64,000 nt of DNA from an uncultured cyanobacterium (GCA_963740315.1 CAVUDP010000004.1:480001-544000), one strand, 5' to 3'. Counted from the stretch's first letter, positions 20,804 through 31,026 are shown. Notes: generated from the sequence alone by a model not told the origin. Numbers and translations are program-made.

Positions 20804-22093
20804 TTATTTAGGATCGTTCAAAATATTCCATTTTCTAGGCTGATAAAATTCACATTGAGACATCAGTTCGTAGCTTTTAACCTTAAATTTAAAATTTACA
20901 TGATCGTAGATGTAATTCGGCATTTTCTTAATCCAAATCCTACTCGCATAAGCACCTGGTTTTAGACCGAAATAAGGCATCTGTATTTGCAATTCGGATG
21001 TTCCTGGAAGAACTTCTATATTTACTTTATCTATGTTACTGTCTAGATTTAAAATGTTTTCACCTTCACCAAAAGGGTCTTTAATAAGAACACTAAGTAT
21101 TGCATTCGGAATTGTAATCCGGGATTTGCATTTAACACATAAAAAAGTTGGTTGTCCGCTTATAGGGTAATCGATAATATTACCTTCACCATCTTTAAAA
21201 TAAGCTGCAATAATATCTAAGCCGCTACTTTGCTCTTCCGGTTTTTCTTCAAAGAACACGGCTCCATCAGATTGATCGTTTCCTCCTACAAATAAATCTT
21301 CTTCATATTGGCGCATTACAGAAACTGCATCTCCTTGTGCAATTAATTTACCTTTCTTTAGAAAAATAGCTGATTGGCAAATTGATAAAATAGAATTAGG
21401 ATTATGAGCTACCAATACAAAAGTCGTTCCTTTTTCAAGTAATTCGGATAGCTTTCTATAGCACTTGAGTCTAAATTGAATATCTCCTACAGCCAATACT
21501 TCATCAATAAGAAGAATATCTGGCTCGGTATGAATTGCACTAGCAAAACCTAATCTGGCAGCCATTCCAGAACTGTAGGTTTGAACTGGCGAATCCATTG
21601 CATCTCCGATTTCTGCAAACTCTATAACGTCATCAAATCTCTCGTCAATTTCTTTTTTTGACAAACCCAAAATTGACATATTGGCATAAATGTTTTCCCG
21701 CCCCGTCAAAATTGGATTAAACCCAGCACCTAATGCAATTAATGGCGCAACTCTACCATTAATTTCCACTATGCCAGCATCTGGTTTAATTAAACCTGCA
21801 ATAATTCTTAGTAGAGTAGATTTGCCACTACCATTTTTTCCTACTAAACCGATGGATTCTCCCTTTCTTAATTGAAAGTTGACATCTTCAAGTGCCCAAA
21901 ATTCTTTGGTACGCAGATTTTCGCTTGTCTTTCGCAGCCCTGATATCTCAGAAGCGATATCTTGAACGCCATAGAATAAAGAGCGTTTTAAATCTCGACA
22001 GAATTTTTTAGAAACACCACTAACACTCAGAACAATTTCACTATCGTTATTCGGTGGCTTTTCTGAAATTTCTTCTTTATTAATACTTATCAT
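20804..22093 (-). CDS. wzt: Polysaccharide ABC exporter ATPase with C-terminal Wzt_C-like domain
   Basis: GKNGSGKST, LGAGF, YSSGMAARLGF, IDEVLAVGD; ~170-aa C-terminal extension. Confidence 0.9.
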   Translation of the reverse strand: MISINKEEISEKPPNNDSEIVLSVSGVSKKFCRDLKRSLFYGVQDIASEISGLRKTSENLRTKEFWALEDVNFQLRKGESIGLVGKNGSGKSTLLRIIAGLIKPDAGIVEINGRVAPLIALGAGFNPILTGRENIYANMSILGLSKKEIDERFDDVIEFAEIGDAMDSPVQTYSSGMAARLGFASAIHTEPDILLIDEVLAVGDIQFRLKCYRKLSELLEKGTTFVLVAHNPNSILSICQSAIFLKKGKLIAQGDAVSVMRQYEEDLFVGGNDQSDGAVFFEEKPEEQSSGLDIIAAYFKDGEGNIIDYPISGQPTFLCVKCKSRITIPNAILSVLIKDPFGEGENILNLDSNIDKVNIEVLPGTSELQIQMPYFGLKPGAYASRIWIKKMPNYIYDHVNFKFKVKSYELMSQCEFYQPRKWNILNDPK

Positions 22094-22095
22094 AA

Positions 22096-22986
22096 TTATG
22101 AACTCATCCTCTCAACTACATAGGGCATTGCTAAACGATAGATAATCCAAGCAATTAGTAATCCGATAATTGCAATCAAACTTGTAATCCAGAAACCTTG
22201 AGGATTAGAAATTATACCTGTTGTTGCTAACTCCCGCGTTGTCACTAGCAAAGGCGTAACGGGATTAAGTTTTACAATGCTGCCAAATACTCCGTCAGTC
22301 GGAATTGGGTATACAACTGGCGTAAGGAACAACCAAAAGCTAGTTGCTAAGGTAATACCCATTGAAAAATCTTGATAAAGTGCGCCCATCGGAGCTAATA
22401 ACAAACCAATAAACGTTCCGAGTACGATTAGGTGAATTAAAGCTACTGGTGCTAAAACTAAGCTCCAAGTTACTGGTATTTTGAACCAAATAAATAAACC
22501 TACAATTAAAATCAGCTTGATGCTAAAGTTAAAAAATACTTCACCAAGTTTGGCAAGAATCAAGGCTTCACGAGGAAAGTTAATCCTTGACAACATTGAT
22601 TTTGCAACTGTTACAGCTTGAATCGGACCTTGGAGAGATTCAACAAAGGTTTGCCATAATGTCATACTGAACATGACGTAGGCAGGATAAGGAATATCAG
22701 TATCACCAATATTTACAACACCACCGCTTTTGGCAAAGGTAAAGGTAGCAGCCAGAACTATCGGAGGTATAACTGCCCAGAAAATTCCGAGAAATGACTG
22801 GCGGTATTTAGCGCTGATGTCGCGAATCAACAGCCGCCAAGCAAGTTCTCTTGATGCCAACAAGTCCCGCCACATATCTTTTAATAATTGCAGAGGTTTT
22901 CGCATTCGACTTTCAGGTCGATGCACTACTCTGGGAAAGGAACGTGCTATTTTATTTTGTTTAGAATTAGATGAACCTTTATACAT
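22096..22986 (-). CDS. wzm: Polysaccharide ABC exporter permease
   Basis: RDISAKYRQSFLGIFW, FLTPVVYP, LNPVT; adjacent to wzt. Confidence 0.9.
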   Translation of the reverse strand: MYKGSSNSKQNKIARSFPRVVHRPESRMRKPLQLLKDMWRDLLASRELAWRLLIRDISAKYRQSFLGIFWAVIPPIVLAATFTFAKSGGVVNIGDTDIPYPAYVMFSMTLWQTFVESLQGPIQAVTVAKSMLSRINFPREALILAKLGEVFFNFSIKLILIVGLFIWFKIPVTWSLVLAPVALIHLIVLGTFIGLLLAPMGALYQDFSMGITLATSFWLFLTPVVYPIPTDGVFGSIVKLNPVTPLLVTTRELATTGIISNPQGFWITSLIAIIGLLIAWIIYRLAMPYVVERMSS

Positions 22987-23349
22987 AAAAATATAACTAA
23001 TTACCTGATGTATTTTATTAATAGAATCAGTCTGTTATGATATATCTATTGAATTAGGTTTTCCTCCTCTAAATTTAGTTATCAAAATTAAAATAAGTTC
23101 CGTAGTTTTTTTAAATTTAATTGTCATCTAGAATATTAATTAATATTGATAAAAAATAATCGGATGAAATTAGTATTTATTTAGCAATACTATCAATTAA
23201 ATGTAAAATTAATGCACCACTAATAAAATAACTTTACTGTTTTAGAGGTGATGCTTAAACATCTGCGATAGAAGTCTCATCACCTCCGTTGTTATTCAAC
23301 AGAATTAGGTAAAAATAAACAAGTACCTAACAATACAATTAAGAATGCC

Positions 23350-24144
23350 TTATTTCAAATTGCTTGCTGAATTCGAGACTGAATAATCTTTAGTTATCAA
23401 TTGCTTCATCGCTAACCACACAAATGGTGGAATAGTTTTCGTATATCTACCCCCAAGGCGACGAGGCTCTTGCAACCATCGATATAGCCATTCAAATCCA
23501 GACTCTCTGACTATACGAGGTGCCCTTTTATGAAGTCCTGCATAAACAGGGAAAGCTCCACCCAAGCCAATCATTACCGCTTGGATTTTATCTTTGTGTT
23601 CGGACATCCACTTTTCCTGTTTTGGACAGCCTAAAGATACAAAAACCACACCTGCACCACTATCATTAATTTTTTTAATCAATGCTTCGTCTTCACTTGG
23701 AGTAAGCGGACGAAATGGTAATGGTTCCATCGCCGCAATCTTCAAGTCAGGATATTCTTTCTTTAATTTGCTTCTCATTCCGGAAAGAATTTGTGTTTGA
23801 GAACCTAGAAAAAAGAGACTGACATTCCGTTTAGGTGCTGATTGACATACAGAAGCTAAAATATCCAGTCCTGCGACTCTATCTTGAGAAGTCGCTCCTA
23901 ACTTTTTCATCATCCAAACTAAAGGCATACCATCCGGAGTCACAATATCAGCATCTTTTAATACACTGGCAAACTCCGGGTTCCAGTGAGCTTCCATCAG
24001 CATATGTACATTAGCTACACATACTGTCTTACTCTTACGTTCGCTCGCCCACTGAATAATTGTTTGTATCTGCTCATGCAAACGCAAAGCAGTAATCGGA
24101 AAATCTAGCACTTTCCGAGTCGGCAGAGTAACTGCCTTCACCAT
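23350..24144 (-). CDS. WecB/TagA/CpsF family glycosyltransferase (GT26)
   Basis: ANVH, PDGMP, DRVAGLD, VSLGCPKQE, EWLYR..QEPRRL. Confidence 0.92.
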   Translation of the reverse strand: MVKAVTLPTRKVLDFPITALRLHEQIQTIIQWASERKSKTVCVANVHMLMEAHWNPEFASVLKDADIVTPDGMPLVWMMKKLGATSQDRVAGLDILASVCQSAPKRNVSLFFLGSQTQILSGMRSKLKKEYPDLKIAAMEPLPFRPLTPSEDEALIKKINDSGAGVVFVSLGCPKQEKWMSEHKDKIQAVMIGLGGAFPVYAGLHKRAPRIVRESGFEWLYRWLQEPRRLGGRYTKTIPPFVWLAMKQLITKDYSVSNSASNLK

Positions 24145-24684
24145 AAGTCACTCCTTGTGTAACACCTAAAATAGCTAAGAATATTCGACCAAACTACTGA
24201 TATAGATAATCAAAATAGATTTATGTTTTAGCTTAGTCTTGTTGCTTAAAACTTAGTGAATGGTCGGCACTTGACACAGGTGGATGCAGTGGCTTTTAGT
24301 GTTAACTTTAGCTTCCCTGGTAGTTATTAAATCATCTAGCCTTACAGTATATTACTTTACTAGTAAAAAACAATACTTTCAGTCGTTTTAGGTAAACTTT
24401 ATATTAACTTTACAAAGTTGATAAGATATATTTATAGGAACGTTATAATTCCTGTAAATTTCACTTACAAATAATAGTCAAAAATTTCACAAAAACTCTG
24501 TAAAATCACAGAATCTTGACTAGATATAAAGATTTTTTCTTCTATAAATTAATATTATATAAAAATAAGTAAGAATTAATTAACCCGATTGTATATTATT
24601 TTACTTTTTTCCTTAAGTAGACTAAATTAGTAATTTTTGATCTATATATAAAATATATTTTATTTGTCATTAGATAAAAACTTG

Positions 24685-24879
24685 TCAAAAAAAGGGGGAA
24701 AGATTTAATTTTCTTTCCCCCTGTTTATTCTTTTTATTGTTGTTTTGGTTATTTTCTTCTTTTAACCTTTTCCGTAGCATCTGCTGTTGTTTCTTAAGTT
24801 GTCTCTTTCTTGCAGCACCGCCTTTACCTTTGTCATTTCTTCCTTGGCGGCGGGGAGACTCCCATCTTTTAAGTTGCAT
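24685..24879 (-). CDS. Small basic protein (64 aa), candidate ArfA-like ribosome-rescue factor
   Basis: ATG with upstream AAGGA; 16 K/R in the first 40 aa; NDKGKGG motif; terminator inside the CDS. The CDS is well supported, the function is inferred. Confidence 0.6.
   Translation of the reverse strand: MQLKRWESPRRQGRNDKGKGGAARKRQLKKQQQMLRKRLKEENNQNNNKKNKQGERKLNLSPFF
24687..24721 (-). terminator. Intrinsic terminator inside the last codons of the small basic ORF
   Basis: mRNA GGGGGAAAGA-AAAUUAAA-UCUUUCCCCC-UUUUUUU; the 7th U is the first base of the UGA stop. Confidence 0.85.
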
Positions 24880-24944
24880 GATTTAATTGTCCTTTTTTAT
24901 TTTATCGATACGATATTATTGTGAATTTTATCTTCATCTATAAT

Positions 24945-24953
24945 AGTATAGCA
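24945..24953 (-). promoter_or_regulatory. Extended -10 promoter element (TGCTATACT) for the small basic ORF
   Basis: Matches TGnTATAcT about 65 bp upstream of ATG 24879. Confidence 0.5.
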
Positions 24954-25416
24954 TAAGTGAAAAAGATAGATTAGAGCTAATGAATGCGATCGCGAAATAC
25001 AAGCTGATAATTATTTTTTTAGCGATTAATACAAAATTAGCAATTGCGAGAGTATTATCTTTGTTGGTATACAAAAAAAGATATATCCAGTATAATTAAT
25101 TTTTCATAATACTAAATTATTAACTAGGTGCTTAGTCTTTTTTACTAACAATAAATTGAGTATTCCTACGAAGACGGAAGACAATTAGCAAAACATTAAA
25201 AAGTTTCTTATCTTTACCTGAGCGATTGAGAACAAAGTCATTATTAATATAGATACATCGCCTTTTCTACATTTTCCGGAAAACAATGTTTAACGTATCG
25301 CTTTTAAACCGCAACGATTGGTTTTTTTTATTTATGAGGGGAGTAACTCTAACGATCCATCGGGTATTCTAGGCGTTAAGAACCTCTCGACACTGTAACT
25401 TTTTAGAAGTAACAAC

Positions 25417-25451
25417 AAAAAAGGTTTTCTATACTTAGATAGGAAACCTTT
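25417..25451 (-). terminator. Intrinsic terminator downstream of tRNA-Leu(CAA)
   Basis: Minus strand AAAGGTTTCCTAT-CTAAGT-ATAGAAAACC-TTTTTT. Confidence 0.7.
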
Positions 25452-25489
25452 GTGTAAAATATTTTTCTAGAATAATCTAATGTTTTTAA

Positions 25490-25571
25490 TGGGCCGGGAG
25501 AGACTCGAACTCTCACACCTTTCGGTGGCAGATTTTGAGTCTGCTGCGTCTACCAATTTCGCCACCAGCCC
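25490..25571 (-). tRNA. trnL: tRNA-Leu(CAA)
   Basis: GGGCTGGTGGCGAAATTGGTAGACGCAGCAGACTCAAAATCTGCCACCGAAAGGTGTGAGAGTTCGAGTCTCTCCCGGCCCA; anticodon loop CT-CAA-AA, long variable arm. Confidence 0.95.
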
Positions 25572-26427
25572 TTTGGTGCATCTTCACTATTATACTCTAT
25601 TTTGCTATTTTGCAACAACTTTTCATAATCTTTACTACTTGCCCACCTGTCAATTTCTTTAGCACGCAGTACTGGTACGGGATGCGTTAGTTGTGCGGTT
25701 CTTGCAACTTTAACCATTTCTCCCAGTTCGTTCTTACTGATATCGTCGTAAGCGCGGGCTTGTTCGATAAAGGCATCAAGGTTGAGTTGTGGCGCAATGT
25801 TCGGCGAACCACCTGCCAATTTCATCAATACTGACATGACTACTTTGGGATCTTGGGTTGCTAACAATGCAGCGCGATCGCAAGTAAATTCCGCGCAACG
25901 AACCCATTCTAAAAGTTGTGCTTGAATGGCTTGTGCTAAAAATGCACCAACAGTAGGCACGGCTGTCGCTGCTAAAATCAATATATTAACTGGAGTCAGA
26001 TAAACGCTATGGTCGCACTTGAGATGTCCTAACTCATGGGCAATTACCGCTTGAGTTTCTTCAGGTGTGAGCATATCAATTAAGGAAGTATGCAGTACTA
26101 CAAAAGGCTGCTTACCTCGCATGGCAAAGGTATAAGCGTTGGGAGCCGGGTGTTGTTTTATGTAGAGTTGGGGAGGCTCAAGATCGAGTATATGACAGGC
26201 TTCTAGTAAAAGTTTGTGTAACGCCGGTAGTTGTTTGTCACTTACCAAAACGCTAGAAGCAATATTTTCTACATAAAAAACTTGCTCCGCTAAGGAACCA
26301 AGAGATTCCGTACCATCATATCTATACCTGGAATCTGCTTAAGCGCAATAGTCGCCTCTTTGTCAAGAGGATGACGGAAATAATCCGCTTTCAGACCAAT
26401 TAATTGAGTTTTTGCGAATGAGGACAT
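25550..26427 (-). CDS. M48 family Zn metallopeptidase (HtpX-like), frameshift (one base missing) at ~26298-26301
   Basis: HELGH, EFTCDR, THP. The N-terminus MSSFAKTQLIGLKADYFRHPLD...MVRNLL joins GSLAEQVFYVENIASSVLVSD if one base is added at CTCTTGGTTCC. Confidence 0.85.
25589..25594 (-). promoter_or_regulatory. -10 box (TATAAT) for tRNA-Leu(CAA), inside the M48 CDS
   Basis: Perfect TATAAT 17 nt upstream of the tRNA 5' end, with TTGTTGCAA in the -35 region. Confidence 0.6.
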
Positions 26428-26507
26428 GGGGCGTTGCCAGCTCTAAAAAAAAGAAACTACGTTTTGGGGCTAGTCATACAAGCCCTCAAACATAGTATAA
26501 CGACAAA

Positions 26508-26534
26508 GTAGGGTAGACGAACTGCCTACCCTAC
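26508..26534. repeat. GTAG-type REP hairpin / possible terminator after murA
   Basis: GTAGGGTAGAC-GAACT-GCCTACCCTAC. Confidence 0.6.
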
Positions 26535-26571
26535 CATAGATAACTATTACCGATCGCCGTATTTGAGCTAA

Positions 26572-27963
26572 CTAACTGCTCAGAGTTGCAGTACCATTGC
26601 TAGTTTTAGGAAAATTTTCTGCATCTGCCTCGGTGTGTTCTATACGCTCGATTTTTGCTCCTAGTTTCTGCAATTTTAAATCGAGTCTATCGTAACCACG
26701 GTCAAGGTAGTTCAATCCCTTAATTGTAGTTTCACCGCTTGCAGCCAAACCCGCTACTACCATAGCGGCAGCAGCCCGTAAGTCAGTACCTTCAACAGGT
26801 GCGCCGGATAACTGCGATACTCCTCTAACGAAGGCGGAATTGCCTTTAACGCGAATATCTGCTCCCAAACGATTCAATTCCGAAGCATGACGCAAACGAT
26901 TTTCAAATACCGTTTCATTGATGATACTATCGCCGTTCGCAACTGCTAGCAAAGACATAAACGGCGCTTGCATATCGGTGGGGAAACCAGGATGAGGCAT
27001 AGTATCAATATCTGTTGCCTTTAAAATTTCCGCCGGTTTGATACGCAAACAATTAACAGTTTCTTCAATTACAGAAACTCCAATTTCCTTTAATTTCGCA
27101 ATCACCGGCATCAAATGCTCTGGCATCACGGGTGATAATATTAATTCCGAACGAGTAATCGCTGCTGCAAGTAGAAATGTACCTGCTTCGATGCGATCGG
27201 GAATTACGTTGTAATCGGTAGAATGTAGTTGAGGAACGCCATTAATGATGATTTTACTGGTTCCGGCTCCTTCAATTTTTGCACCCATCGAAATACAGAA
27301 GTTCGCCAAATCGACTACTTCTGGTTCTCGTGCGGCATTTTCAATAATTGTTTCGCCATCAGCCAAAGTCGCAGCCATCATTAATGTTTCGGTAGCTCCT
27401 ACACTGGGAAGATCCAGGTAGATTTTGGCACCTTTGAGTCGGCGACTGCCATCGGTTACGCGAGCGTTACAAATACCATGTTCGATTTGAACTTCAGCTC
27501 CCATTGCTTGCAAACCCCGGACGTGAAGATCCACAGGTCTTGCTCCGATCGCACAACCGCCGGGTAAAGGCATTTGCGCTTCTCCCAGTCTGGCTAAAAG
27601 CGGACCGATCGCAAAGAAACTTGCTCTCAATTGAGTAACTAACTCGTAAGGAGCTTTCGAGGTAGTAATTTCACTGGCGTTAATGTCTATAATGTTTCCA
27701 TTACGCTGTATAGACATACCTAAAGCTGACAAAACTTCACCCATCCGCGATACATCCGCCAACAATGGAACGTTACGGATGCGACAATCTCCCGAACACA
27801 GCAAAGCTCCAGCCATTAAAACTAAAGCAGAATTTTTCGCACCGCTGATAGTTACCTCACCATCGAGTGCCCGTCCACCCCAAACTTTTAAGACTGAGGA
27901 GTCTGCTGTTTGAGATGAAATTTCTGGGTTACCGTTAGAAGTATTAATAATTCTATCCCCCAT
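26572..27963 (-). CDS. murA: UDP-N-acetylglucosamine 1-carboxyvinyltransferase
   Basis: [60 protein letters not shown]. Confidence 0.97.
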   Translation of the reverse strand: MGDRIINTSNGNPEISSQTADSSVLKVWGGRALDGEVTISGAKNSALVLMAGALLCSGDCRIRNVPLLADVSRMGEVLSALGMSIQRNGNIIDINASEITTSKAPYELVTQLRASFFAIGPLLARLGEAQMPLPGGCAIGARPVDLHVRGLQAMGAEVQIEHGICNARVTDGSRRLKGAKIYLDLPSVGATETLMMAATLADGETIIENAAREPEVVDLANFCISMGAKIEGAGTSKIIINGVPQLHSTDYNVIPDRIEAGTFLLAAAITRSELILSPVMPEHLMPVIAKLKEIGVSVIEETVNCLRIKPAEILKATDIDTMPHPGFPTDMQAPFMSLLAVANGDSIINETVFENRLRHASELNRLGADIRVKGNSAFVRGVSQLSGAPVEGTDLRAAAAMVVAGLAASGETTIKGLNYLDRGYDRLDLKLQKLGAKIERIEHTEADAENFPKTSNGTATLSS

Positions 27964-28162
27964 ATAGTATTAATGGATTTTATAAAGGAAGGAAGTTGGT
28001 TTTGATTCTACAGTAAAGAATCCATTTGTCTACATATCCGCGATACATATACTCAGGAATTAGTTACCAGTAATCGGTTACAAATTTTCCAAGTTTTCTT
28101 AGAGAAATTATTATAGTTGACAAAAGTAAATAATTAAGTAAAAATCAGAAATTGTCAACAAA

Positions 28163-28246
28163 GCGGAACTGGCGGAATTGGTAGACGCGCTAGATTCAGG
28201 TTCTAGTGCCCCACAAGGCTTCCGGGTTCAAGTCCCGGGTTCCGCA
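28163..28246 (+). tRNA. trnL: tRNA-Leu(CAG)
   Basis: GCGGAACTGGCGGAATTGGTAGACGCGCTAGATTCAGGTTCTAGTGCC...GGTTCAAGTCCCGGGTTCCGCA; anticodon loop TT-CAG-GT; TTGACA at 28117. Confidence 0.95.
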
Positions 28247-28337
28247 TTGCTTTGAACTTGATTTTGAATAAATCTAAATCTTGGACGGTTTCTATGACTC
28301 TAGACATAGGGGAACGCTGTCGGGGAAATATCAAATC

Positions 28338-29129
28338 GTGCTAACTAGTTTACAAAATCCTCTGGTAAAACAAATTCGCAAGCTCCACTCTAGCAAAGAG
28401 AGGCACAAGCAAGAATTATTTTTGTTGGAAGGAACGCATTTATTGGAAGAAGCTTGTAGTACGAATTATCCCTTAGATACTTTGTGTTGTACTCCACAGT
28501 GGCAAGCAAATCACGAACAACTTTGGCAGCTAGCTCAACAAAAGTGCGATCGCGCTCTTGTTGTCAGCGAGGATGTAATCAAAGCCTTAGCGACTACGGT
28601 ACAGCCAGATGGTGTGGTAGCGACAGCCAAACGGGGGTATGCTGTCGCGAAAATACCGAGTAGCGGCTTACAGATAGCTTTGGAAACCGTGCAAGACCCT
28701 GGTAATCTAGGAACCATAATTCGTACTGCTGCTGCTGCTGGGGCATCGGGTTTATGGTTGAGTCAAAATAGTGTGGATTTAGATAATCCGAAGGTACTGC
28801 GTGCTTCTGCTGGACAATGGTTCCGTTTACCAATGCAAGTCAGTGAGGATTTGAAAGCGACAGTAGTCGGCGCGAAAGAAGCAGGTATGCAAGTAATCGC
28901 AACTTTACCGGGTGCAAATTTAACTTATTGGCAGGTAAACTGGCTAAAACCAAGTTTAATTCTATTAGGTAATGAAGGTGCTGGTTTATCGACCGATTTG
29001 GCACAAATGGCAGATTTAAACGTGAAAATTCCGCTTCAACCTGGTGTAGAGTCTTTGAATGTAGCTATCAGTGCCGCGTTAATTTTATATGAGGCGCAGC
29101 GTCAGAAAACTCAAACGCGATCGCAATAA
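28338..29129 (+). CDS. TrmH/SpoU family RNA methyltransferase
   Basis: LTSLQNPLVK, VQDPGNLGTIIR, LGNEGAG, VESLNVA; GTG start at 28338 preferred over 28281. Confidence 0.92.
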   Translation: MLTSLQNPLVKQIRKLHSSKERHKQELFLLEGTHLLEEACSTNYPLDTLCCTPQWQANHEQLWQLAQQKCDRALVVSEDVIKALATTVQPDGVVATAKRGYAVAKIPSSGLQIALETVQDPGNLGTIIRTAAAAGASGLWLSQNSVDLDNPKVLRASAGQWFRLPMQVSEDLKATVVGAKEAGMQVIATLPGANLTYWQVNWLKPSLILLGNEGAGLSTDLAQMADLNVKIPLQPGVESLNVAISAALILYEAQRQKTQTRSQ

Positions 29130-29214
29130 TTTGTCAATACATTTTAGGACTTACGCAAAGCCCCCCAATGCATCGCAGGGCTGATAAATTGTCAATATGA
29201 TTTGAACAATGCTC

Positions 29215-29279
29215 AGAAGTCGGGTTTTTATGTGAGAGTATCTGTAACAACCTGACAATTTTATAAAAACCCGACTTCT
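29215..29279. repeat. 17-bp perfect inverted repeat between convergent genes
   Basis: AGAAGTCGGGTTTTTAT...31 nt...ATAAAAACCCGACTTCT. Confidence 0.8.
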
Positions 29280-29292
29280 CAACTGAATTTAC

Positions 29293-29541
29293 TTAAGCTT
29301 CTTTATCTTTACTTTCAAAATATTGTTCGATATCAGCTACCGCATCTTCCCATTGTGCTAAATCAAATTTTGGTGATTCTTCAACTGCTTGCTTTTGGGG
29401 AATAGGATCGACTTTTGGTTTCGGCGCTTGCTGTTGTTCTTGATTTTCTTCTATTTCTTCTAAAAGATGTTGCAACTGATCCAGGGATTCTTGAAACTCC
29501 TTTGCAGCACTGTTACGTTGTCCTTGTTCGTTTTGCTCCAT
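29293..29541 (-). CDS. Small acidic hypothetical protein
   Basis: MEQNEQ...AAKEFQESLDQL...WEDAVADIEQYFE; ATG 29541 preferred over 29622. Confidence 0.7.
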   Translation of the reverse strand: MEQNEQGQRNSAAKEFQESLDQLQHLLEEIEENQEQQQAPKPKVDPIPQKQAVEESPKFDLAQWEDAVADIEQYFESKDKEA

Positions 29542-30070
29542 AATATCTCGTTTAGTTTTAATCCCTAATATCAATAAGGCGCATTTCTGCCCCAAGTATA
29601 AAACTATAGTAGGCTTATACACTTATTATACATTCTTGCTTCGGTGAATCCTCAAGTTTTCCGGACAAAGAAAGATATAATTACCACCAATCTAAAATAG
29701 ATCAATAAATCTAAAAATTGTTTATATGTTTTTATTTAATAAATCAATTGCTAAATAATAACGTTAAGATTTTTTTCAAAAAAGGTCGATCGGGTAGTGG
29801 GAATGATTAAGAGTGGGAGAATAAAAATAGAGATTAAAAAATTTGGTAAGAACACTCTTTTTCAGTACTTGCTCATAGCAGGCGCTGCATATCGGTTCGT
29901 TTTTTAAGCATGTAAAGGCAGTCTGGTATTTAGTTCGGATAGACGACCGTAATTCCTCATATCTCGCAAAAGCTGTTTGTAAGAATTACAGTCATAATCG
30001 AGATATTTTGTGTACGGAGAATAAGAGTGTTTAAACGAACTAAATATAACTAAGAATCAGAGGTATAAAA

Positions 30071-30208
30071 ATGGCAATTCGCAATGATTTAAAAAATGGT
30101 TTGTGGCAAAAACTACGGAATGATTCTGTTAGTTGGGGAATGTTAGCGCTTTGGGTATGTGGTTTATTCGTTTTGTTAACGATGATGACTATGTATTCTC
30201 GCGTTTAA
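30071..30208 (+). CDS. Small (45 aa) single-TM protein, below the ORF-track cutoff
   Basis: GAGGT RBS; MAIRNDLKNGLWQKLRNDSVSWGMLALWVCGLFVLLTMMTMYSRV*. Confidence 0.55.
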   Translation: MAIRNDLKNGLWQKLRNDSVSWGMLALWVCGLFVLLTMMTMYSRV

Positions 30209-30216
30209 AAATACAA

Positions 30217-30265
30217 TCGTTCCCAACCTGGAGGCTGGGAACGCATTTGTAAAGGCTTTACCTTT
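30217..30265. repeat. Partial palindromic element, same family as 56324-56430
   Basis: TCGTTCCCAACCTGGAGGCTGGGAACGCAT...AGGCTTTACCT resembles CTCGTTCCCTGGCTCTGCCAGGGAATGCAT...AGGCTCTGCCT. Confidence 0.55.
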
Positions 30266-30267
30266 TG

Positions 30268-31026
30268 TCAAGCTATTGCTAATTCAGCTTCTTTTTCCGA
30301 TGATTTATTATCTTCTGCTAAGGAAGGCGTGTTATCTTTGCTTTGCAACTTGCTTGTAACAAACGCCGTCACGGCATTAACTTTACGCGATCGCCATTCA
30401 TCAACAAGTTGCTGCACTTGAGTTGCACTCATTCGCCGCGTCATTGCTTCGTAAAGATATGCTGCATGAGTTGTTTCATCTTGAGCAATGCTGAGCATCC
30501 CCGATTTGAGGTTACGCGCTTTAGCATCATTTTCTGGTAAAGCTTTCGCCATACGAGCAAAGTCTTTACTAGCATCCAACTCTAATATGTAGGTGCTAGC
30601 TATAAACACATCCCACTCAATAAACTCTGCTTTTAATTGTTCCGCTTCGTAACCTTCATAGTATGCAGCGAAAAAGGGACTGCGGCGTTGTTTTGATTTC
30701 TTTTCACTCTTTTCTTCGCTTGTATCTTTATTAGTATTTTTAAAGTCTTTAACTTTTTTATCAAGCAGTTTGAGTGCGTGAGCAAAAATTTGTCCGTGTC
30801 TATTTTCATCTTCTGCGTGAACAGCTAATTTTTCCGCAAGCCATGTATCACCTTCATCAGCAGCACGTTGACTAAGATTAGTTAAAAAAGGAACGGAACC
30901 GGATTCTACTAACTGGAATCCTGCTAAAAGATTTGGACGGGTTTTAATATCGCGGATTTGAAGAGCGCTAAAATAAGCACTTGCACCAGAACCCGCTAAA
31001 TGCAATATATAGGTAAGAAGATTCAT
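30268..31026 (-). CDS. Ferritin-like domain protein
   Basis: Two ExxH di-iron motifs (EDENRH, QDETTH) plus helix glutamates (LVES, ILELD). Confidence 0.75.
   Translation of the reverse strand: MNLLTYILHLAGSGASAYFSALQIRDIKTRPNLLAGFQLVESGSVPFLTNLSQRAADEGDTWLAEKLAVHAEDENRHGQIFAHALKLLDKKVKDFKNTNKDTSEEKSEKKSKQRRSPFFAAYYEGYEAEQLKAEFIEWDVFIASTYILELDASKDFARMAKALPENDAKARNLKSGMLSIAQDETTHAAYLYEAMTRRMSATQVQQLVDEWRSRKVNAVTAFVTSKLQSKDNTPSLAEDNKSSEKEAELAIA

Noticed and set aside
24347..24360. NtcA box GTA-N8-TAC upstream of the TagA-family gene
   Set aside because: No TAN3T -10 at the expected 22-23 nt spacing; the motif is common by chance in AT-rich DNA.
25490..28246. Group I intron or integrative element at the tRNA-Leu genes
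   Set aside because: Both tRNAs (CAA, CAG) are uninterrupted; no integrase or duplicated 3' end is in the window.
29660..29665. DIF1-like TCCGGA heterocyst promoter motif (also near 25275, 34678, 55308)
   Set aside because: A hexamer alone; for 29660 no correctly spaced -10 was found, and the others were not supportable.
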